From positions 237,299 through 301,298 of the forward strand of contig JANLHL010000038.1 of assembly GCA_024654535.1 (NCBI GenBank): a DNA stretch of 64,000 nucleotides, given 5' to 3'. Of this stretch, positions 58,468 to 64,000 are shown piece after piece. The notes below the pieces were generated by a model. It ran no database searches. It worked only from the letters and a program-made list of their open reading frames with translations, and was not told the DNA's origin. This DNA comes from Candidatus Roizmanbacteria bacterium (GTDB taxonomy: Bacteria > Patescibacteriota > Microgenomatia > UBA1406). Position numbers and translations under genes: made by a program. Numbering within the stretch: position 1 is the stretch's first letter; every line of letters starts with the position of its first letter.

Positions 58468-59597
58468 ACATCATTCTTATTGGAATTCCAGGAGCTGGCA
58501 AGTCTACCCAAGGTAATTTATTGTCAAAACAACTCAAAATTCCCTATCTATCGACTGGTCATATATTTCGACAGATAGCATCAGAAAAAACAAAATGGGG
58601 GAGATTTGTGAAAGAAACTATGACGTCAGGTTTACTTATCCCCGATAAAGAAACTATAGAAATAGTAGCAGAATATCTCAGACGTCCAGAATATAAACGG
58701 GGATACCTTTTAGATGGATTTCCGAGAAATATTTATCAAGCGAAGAGATTCCGTGCAGAAATAACTGCAGCATTTTATTTAAAAGTGCCTGACAAAGAAG
58801 CGCTTTGGAGAATAGCTGGCAGAGCTGATGAAGGAAGAACTGACGATACGGTGAGTGCAGTAAAAAAGCGTATAGAAATTTTTCATGAGCATACAGAACC
58901 TATATTGGAAATGTATCGGGAAAAGAAACAGTTGATTGAGGTTGATGGAACACGTGATATTCGCAATATAAATGAATTTATTCTTAAGCGCCTTGGAAAA
59001 CGGATGGGTAAAAATGGGTTGAGTAATTGGAAAAGAAGTAGAAAGATTCTCCTTGCAATAGTTGGTTTATCGGGGGCTGGAAAAACAGAGGCAGCTGGCT
59101 TTTTTAGGGAAAAAAATTTACCGATTATTTCTTTCAGTAACATAATTAATGATTATATTGATCAGAATAAATTAAAACATACTGAAGCTGTACATAAAAA
59201 ATTACGAATAGAATTCAGAGAAAAATATGGAATGGAATCTATGGCAGTATTAAATAAGAGTAAAATTGAGGAAGAATTTAAGGATTCAAGTATAGTTGTT
59301 ATTGAAGGGTTATATTCATGGGAAGAATATCTTTATTTGCGTAAAGAGTTTCCACGTATTAAATTATTTTTAATCGCACTACATGCAGATAAGAGGGTAC
59401 GTTATAAACGTGTCAGTGTAAGAAAATATCGTAGAGGACTTTCAGGTCCTGATAGAGACTTGCATGAATTAAGTAACTTGCATAAAGGTGCTCCGATCGC
59501 ATTTGCAGATTTTAATGTATTTAACAATGGGACTATGAAATCCTTGTATGAGAATTTAGAAGAGGTATATAGACAAATTTTTTATGGAATCGGGTAA
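58464..59597 (+). CDS. adk: adenylate kinase (short LID) fused to a second P-loop kinase domain
   Basis: N-terminal half: GIPGAGKSTQ, LSTG, LDGFPR, RTDD. C-terminal half: GLSGAGKT, VVIEG, RYKR, ADFNVFN. Confidence 0.9.
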   Translation: MNIILIGIPGAGKSTQGNLLSKQLKIPYLSTGHIFRQIASEKTKWGRFVKETMTSGLLIPDKETIEIVAEYLRRPEYKRGYLLDGFPRNIYQAKRFRAEITAAFYLKVPDKEALWRIAGRADEGRTDDTVSAVKKRIEIFHEHTEPILEMYREKKQLIEVDGTRDIRNINEFILKRLGKRMGKNGLSNWKRSRKILLAIVGLSGAGKTEAAGFFREKNLPIISFSNIINDYIDQNKLKHTEAVHKKLRIEFREKYGMESMAVLNKSKIEEEFKDSSIVVIEGLYSWEEYLYLRKEFPRIKLFLIALHADKRVRYKRVSVRKYRRGLSGPDRDLHELSNLHKGAPIAFADFNVFNNGTMKSLYENLEEVYRQIFYGIG

Positions 59598-60328
59598 TGG
59601 ATAAGAAAACTGCCATGATTGTGGGTGGAGAGAAGCTTAGAAAAGTGGTATCTGAGCTTATTCCCTATCTACAAGTCGGTACAAAGCTCATAGATATTGA
59701 AACGAATGCGACGCGTCTTATTCGGGAAAACGGTGGATCTCCAAGCTTTTCTACAGTGCCTGGGTATAAATGGTCTACGTGTTTGTCGGTAAATGAAGTT
59801 GTTGTCCATGGTGTACCAAATAGCTACCAGTTAAAAGAAGGTGATGTATTAAAATTGGACATTGGTATAGTATATGGTGGTTTTCATGTAGACTATAGTG
59901 ATACGCTACCAATAGGCGCAGTCGATAATCAGGTAGTTCGGTTTCTTAAGGTAGGAAGAAATACCTTAAGACATGCACTGACACTCGTCAAAAACAGGAT
60001 TCGGATAGGTGTTGTGAGTTCATATATTCAAAAAAATATAGAAAATGCAGGGTATGAGGTGATTCACGAATTAACAGGTCACGCAGTTGGAGAAGAGCTC
60101 CACATGGAACCATATATCCCAGGGGTTTTGGAAGGTTCGGTTGATAAGACCCCCTATTTTAGAGCAGGACGTGCGTATGCGATAGAGATAATATATTCTT
60201 TTAAGGATAATCACGTCGTACTTGCAAATAAAGACGGTTGGAGTTTGCGTACAAGATCATATAGTCAGAGTGCATGTTTTGAGAATACGGTCTATGTGGA
60301 TGAAGAAAATAGTATTCAATTAGTTTGA
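59597..60328 (+). CDS. map: methionine aminopeptidase type I
   Basis: CLSVNEVVVHGVP, LDIG, DYSDT, GHAVG..LHMEP, FENT. Confidence 0.94.
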   Translation: MDKKTAMIVGGEKLRKVVSELIPYLQVGTKLIDIETNATRLIRENGGSPSFSTVPGYKWSTCLSVNEVVVHGVPNSYQLKEGDVLKLDIGIVYGGFHVDYSDTLPIGAVDNQVVRFLKVGRNTLRHALTLVKNRIRIGVVSSYIQKNIENAGYEVIHELTGHAVGEELHMEPYIPGVLEGSVDKTPYFRAGRAYAIEIIYSFKDNHVVLANKDGWSLRTRSYSQSACFENTVYVDEENSIQLV

Positions 60329-60341
60329 ATGTATTTTCCCT

Positions 60342-60369
60342 TTGCAAGAAGGTAAAGAAATGCTATAAT
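60342..60369 (+). promoter_or_regulatory. internal promoter before infA (TTGCAA-16-TATAAT, extended -10)
   Basis: ttgcaagaaggtaaagaaatgctataat. Confidence 0.6.
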
Positions 60370-60382
60370 AGATTCCTTATAG

Positions 60383-60619
60383 ATGAGTACGACAGATGAA
60401 GCAATACGGGTCGAAGGTGAAGTAGTTGAGAGCCTTCCAAATACGCTTTTCCGTGTACGCCTAGATCAGGCAGCGGGACAGTTGGCGGGAAGGGTAGTTT
60501 TGTGTTATTTGAGTGGTAAGATGCGTAAGTATTACATCCGGATAATGCCCGGGGATAAGGTACGCATAGAAATAACACCGTACGACAAGGATAGAGGCAG
60601 AATAGTTTTTAGATTATAA
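60383..60619 (+). CDS. infA: translation initiation factor IF-1
   Basis: [30 protein letters not shown]. Confidence 0.97.
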   Translation: MSTTDEAIRVEGEVVESLPNTLFRVRLDQAAGQLAGRVVLCYLSGKMRKYYIRIMPGDKVRIEITPYDKDRGRIVFRL

Positions 60620-60621
60620 CA

Positions 60622-60735
60622 ATGAAAGTCAGAGCATCAGTAAAAAAAAATTGCAGCAAATGCAAGATAGTTAAAAGAAACGGACGAATACAAGTTATTT
60701 GTGAGAATCCAAAGCACAAACAGAGACAAGGGTAA
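60622..60735 (+). CDS. rpmJ: 50S ribosomal protein L36 (zinc-binding type)
   Basis: Hand translation [37 protein letters not shown]; below the ORF-track size cutoff. Confidence 0.97.
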   Translation: MKVRASVKKNCSKCKIVKRNGRIQVICENPKHKQRQG

Positions 60736-60736
60736 T

Positions 60737-61147
60737 ATGATACGTATTTCTGGCGTTAATATTCAAGATAATCTTCCTATTACATTTGCACTTACAAGAG
60801 TGCATGGAATAGGTATGGCAAGTGCAAAGAAGATTTTAAAAGGTGTCGGTTTTGATAAAGCAATACGTTCTCATGAACTGACCGATGAGCAGATTCGTAC
60901 GTTACAAGTATTTATTGATCAGAATTTTAAAGTCGAAGGAGTATTGAAATCAGAGGTTTCTGACAATATTAAGCGTCTGCGCGAGATACATACGTATCGT
61001 GGATGGCGTCATATTCGTGGACTTCCTGTCAGAGGACAGAGGACGAGATCAAATGCACGTACACGAAAAGGTAAGAAACGTACAGTTGGAGCTCTTTCGA
61101 AAGAGGCGTGGGCGAAAGTTGATCAAGTACAAAATTCTAGTAAATAA
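60737..61147 (+). CDS. rpsM: 30S ribosomal protein S13
   Basis: RISGVNI, YRGWRHIRGLPVRGQRTRSNARTRKG. Confidence 0.98.
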   Translation: MIRISGVNIQDNLPITFALTRVHGIGMASAKKILKGVGFDKAIRSHELTDEQIRTLQVFIDQNFKVEGVLKSEVSDNIKRLREIHTYRGWRHIRGLPVRGQRTRSNARTRKGKKRTVGALSKEAWAKVDQVQNSSK

Positions 61148-61154
61148 GTAAAGT

Positions 61155-61547
61155 ATGGTAAAACAAAAAACAAAGCAAAAAGCGAAGCAAATACGTTATG
61201 CAGCAACTGGTAGAGTGTACGTTACTGCTACGTTTAACAACACAATAGTTACGGTCACCGATGAGACAGGTAAAGCACTTGTTTGGGGATCATGCGGTGC
61301 ATCTGGGTTTTCAGGTACAAGAAAATCTACCCCATTTGCAGCGACATCTGCAATAGAAAAAACACTTGATACAGCAATGCAAACATATGGTTTAAAAGTC
61401 GCAGCAATATATATACGCGGTATAGGTCCTGGAAGAGATTCGTTATTACGAGTATTGAGAAATAGCAACCTAGACGTCAGTAAAATAGTTGATAGGACGC
61501 CAGTTCCACACGATGGAATACGGCCTAGAAAGAAGAGGAGAGCATAA
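61155..61547 (+). CDS. rpsK: 30S ribosomal protein S11
   Basis: TFNNTIVT, GFSGTRKSTPFAA, GPGRD, TPVPHDG. Confidence 0.98.
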   Translation: MVKQKTKQKAKQIRYAATGRVYVTATFNNTIVTVTDETGKALVWGSCGASGFSGTRKSTPFAATSAIEKTLDTAMQTYGLKVAAIYIRGIGPGRDSLLRVLRNSNLDVSKIVDRTPVPHDGIRPRKKRRA

Positions 61548-62173
61548 TGGGTAGAATTCTAATGAAGAAAAATAAACAAGCTCGTCGTGAAGGCGTCGAT
61601 CTTTCTTTGAAAACGCCAGGTACAAAGTCACATACTCGTTTGTTGGCGCGTTTGAATGTACCACCAGGTAATAAGAGCGTTCGTAAGATTCGTTCAAAAT
61701 TATCCGATTATGGCATTCAATTGCGCGAAAAACAGAAACTAAAAAGAATCTATGCTATTTCTGAAGCGATGATGAGTAAATATTTTCGTAAAGCAGTGGA
61801 GAAAAAAGGTAATACCATACTGCATTTAGTTCAGTCACTGGAGACACGTATAGATAATGTGTTGTATCGTGCAGGATTTGCCCCGACGCGCAATGCAGCA
61901 CGACAGTTGGTTGCTCATGGGCATGTGGCGGTGAATGGCAAAAAAATTGACGTTCCTTCTTATGTTGTTGATCTAAAGGATATTATTACTTTTAGAAAAA
62001 AGAAAACGAAAGAAATTCCCTATATTAAAGTCCTGCTTGAAGGTGAGGAAAAAAATACACCTTGGATTAAGTGGAAGAAAGATGGGGCAGAGATTATAGA
62101 TTTGCCTAATTTAGACGAATATAAAGAGCCAGTGGACATGTTATTAGTCATAGAATTTTATTCTAAATTATAA
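61547..62173 (+). CDS. rpsD: 30S ribosomal protein S4
   Basis: SDYGIQLREKQK, LETRIDNVLYR, ARQLVAHGH, IEFYS. Confidence 0.98.
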   Translation: MGRILMKKNKQARREGVDLSLKTPGTKSHTRLLARLNVPPGNKSVRKIRSKLSDYGIQLREKQKLKRIYAISEAMMSKYFRKAVEKKGNTILHLVQSLETRIDNVLYRAGFAPTRNAARQLVAHGHVAVNGKKIDVPSYVVDLKDIITFRKKKTKEIPYIKVLLEGEEKNTPWIKWKKDGAEIIDLPNLDEYKEPVDMLLVIEFYSKL

Positions 62174-62188
62174 GTTTCATATTTTGCT

Positions 62189-63097
62189 ATGTTAAAACCA
62201 CAATTTTCAGTTGAAGTTGTAGAAGAAAGCGCACATAAAGGGGTCTATATAATTTCACCATTACCCCGTGGATTTGGTCATACTATGGGTAATAGTTTGA
62301 GAAGGGTACTCTTATCGTCTCTCGTTGGAGATGCCGTTACTCACGTCAAGATTAAAGGCGTATCGCATCCGTTTGGTATTATTAAGGGTGTAAAAGAGGA
62401 TGTTATAGAATTATTGCTCAATATTAAAATGCTTAGGTTCATATCTGATTCAGAAGAAGAGCATGTCATAAAGCTTTCTAAAAAAGGCGAAGGCAAAGTC
62501 TACGCATCTGACCTCCAAGATAGTCCATTGTGCAAAGTTTTAAATAAGGATTTAGTACTGTGTGAATTATCAAGTAAAGGTGTAATAGAAGCTGAGTTAT
62601 ACGTTTCAAAAGGAACTGGTTATGAACCTGCATCACGTAAAGAAGATAAAGGCTTTGAAATTTTACCTGTTGACTCTCTCTATTCACCAATAGTATCGGT
62701 AAATCTCTTAGTCGAAAGTACTCGTATTAATAGACTTACCAATTATGACAAGCTCACACTTAACATAGAAACAGATGGTAGTATGACAGGGAGGCAGGCA
62801 CTTGATAAAGCGTCTTCGCTCATGGTCGAGTATTTTACTCTCCTTGGCTCCGGTGGTTTAGAGAAGAAAAAAGAAGATTTGCAAGGCGGTCAGAGGGCAG
62901 CTGGTATGCAGAGCTCGGATGTTATGGTTGATGAGCTTGATTTGCCAACCCGTGTTATAAATGCACTGGTAAAAAATAATATCGAAACTGTTAAACAGCT
63001 CCGCGAATTATCAGATGAAGACTTCTCAAAAATTCGTGGTCTTGGTAAGAAATCTGTAGAGGAATTAAAAGCTAAACTTGAAAACTTGCATTCATGA
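62189..63097 (+). CDS. rpoA: RNA polymerase alpha subunit
   Basis: PLPRGFGHTMGNSLRRVLLSS, GVKEDV, YDKL..ETDG, GLGKKS. Confidence 0.98.
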   Translation: MLKPQFSVEVVEESAHKGVYIISPLPRGFGHTMGNSLRRVLLSSLVGDAVTHVKIKGVSHPFGIIKGVKEDVIELLLNIKMLRFISDSEEEHVIKLSKKGEGKVYASDLQDSPLCKVLNKDLVLCELSSKGVIEAELYVSKGTGYEPASRKEDKGFEILPVDSLYSPIVSVNLLVESTRINRLTNYDKLTLNIETDGSMTGRQALDKASSLMVEYFTLLGSGGLEKKKEDLQGGQRAAGMQSSDVMVDELDLPTRVINALVKNNIETVKQLRELSDEDFSKIRGLGKKSVEELKAKLENLHS

Positions 63098-63546
63098 AAA
63101 AAAGGATTCTTAGGACCGAAAAGACAACGCGTGGAAAAGCAACTGTCCGTGAGTTATTAAAATCGCTTTTCAGATACGGAAAAACTGTTACTACGTTGGC
63201 TAAAGCAAAAGCGCTTAAGCGCAATGCAGATACGCTTGTGACAAAAGGAGTGAATGGATCACAAGTGATAGCTTTGCGAGCCCTTATGAAGAGTTTGGGC
63301 GATAGAACAGCAGCACGCGAAGTATTACGTTATATAGGGTACGCAATAAAAAAGCGTACGAGTGGATTTGCGAGTATAGAAAAAATTGGTTTTCGTAGGG
63401 GAGATGCGACACCGGTTGCAAGTGTCAGTCTTATGGATTTTGTGAAACCAGAAAAAAAGTTGAGCACACCTAAAGAAAAGGTAGTGGAAAAGAAAGCTTT
63501 GACAGCAAAAGAAGTTAAAAAAATTGAGCCAAAGGCTAAGAAATAA
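63094..63546 (+). CDS. rplQ: 50S ribosomal protein L17 (divergent, Lys-rich tail)
   Basis: TTLAKAK, RTSGF, RRGDAT; position after rpoA. Confidence 0.9.
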   Translation: MKKRILRTEKTTRGKATVRELLKSLFRYGKTVTTLAKAKALKRNADTLVTKGVNGSQVIALRALMKSLGDRTAAREVLRYIGYAIKKRTSGFASIEKIGFRRGDATPVASVSLMDFVKPEKKLSTPKEKVVEKKALTAKEVKKIEPKAKK

Positions 63547-63564
63547 AGATTTACAATACAACAT

Positions 63565-64000
63565 ATGTTACATAGAACAACCTATACCAAGACACCGACT
63601 CAATCAGACGTTCGTGATACAGTCGTTATAGATGCAAATAAGCAGATATTGGGACGTTTGGCTGTAAAAATAGCACTTGCTCTGCAAGGAAAAAATAAAG
63701 TCAATTTTGTTCGCAACTTAGATATGGGTGATATCGTTATAGTTACGAACTCAAAAAAAATAGAAGTAACTGGAAAAAAAATGGATGATAAAGAATATTT
63801 ATATTACTCAGGCTATCCGGGTGGTTTACGACGCGAAAAACTGAAGGAGCGAATGGAAAAAGACTCGGGTGAAGTTATACGAGCAGCGGTTAAGGGCATG
63901 TTGCCTAAAAATAAACTTCGGGCACGTATGATATCTCGACTATTCATATTTCCAGATGACAATTATAAACCAACACTAGTTCAGATACAGAAAAAACATG
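63565..64000 (+). CDS. rplM: 50S ribosomal protein L13 (stop codon beyond the window)
   Basis: Hand translation: IDANKQILGRLA, LQGKNK, DMGD, YSGYPGGL, AVKGMLPKNKL. Confidence 0.96.
   Translation, partial: MLHRTTYTKTPTQSDVRDTVVIDANKQILGRLAVKIALALQGKNKVNFVRNLDMGDIVIVTNSKKIEVTGKKMDDKEYLYYSGYPGGLRREKLKERMEKDSGEVIRAAVKGMLPKNKLRARMISRLFIFPDDNYKPTLVQIQKKH

Noticed and set aside
60701-60736. Extended rpsM N-terminus from a GTG
   Set aside because: It overlaps rpmJ; ATG 60737 gives the canonical S13 start.
1-64000. Alternative genetic code (TGA=Gly, as in Gracilibacteria/SR1)
   Set aside because: Conserved genes are intact under code 11, and tpiA, greA, rplC, rplD, secY and rpoA end in TGA at the expected positions.

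Overview
64 kb of core chromosome from an AT-rich, gene-dense bacterium using genetic code 11. It is most likely a Patescibacteria (CPR) member of the Microgenomates type; this is inferred from the missing rpmD/L30, the archaeal-type PyrH and the shortened, divergent housekeeping proteins. In order, the window holds: a partial uvrD/pcrA; tpiA; four orphan genes; a six-gene surface-glycosylation cluster; cca/recJ; a structured 300-bp intergenic region; a PyrH-methyltransferase fusion with recF; nth-dnaG-rpoD; ABC, MFS and DNA-repair genes; tRNA-Ser(CGA) and tRNA-Glu(CTC); greA-lysS; serS and secA among heptamer and palindromic repeats; more glycosyltransferases and Dsb genes; then tuf and the S10-spc-alpha ribosomal superoperon to a partial rplM. 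No transposase, integrase, CRISPR array, rRNA or prophage is visible. Most notable: (1) uS11 has the archaeal-type HDG at the isoaspartate site, and Adk in the same gene cluster is fused to a second, archaeal-like P-loop kinase; (2) serS lies inside a 36-bp perfect inverted repeat made of heptamer tracts, and palindromic elements sit inside such tracts; (3) about 14 genes have leaderless-type promoters; (4) there are candidate structured RNAs with terminators before pyrH and between rpsJ and rplC. All protein calls come from motif recognition by eye, with no database searches.
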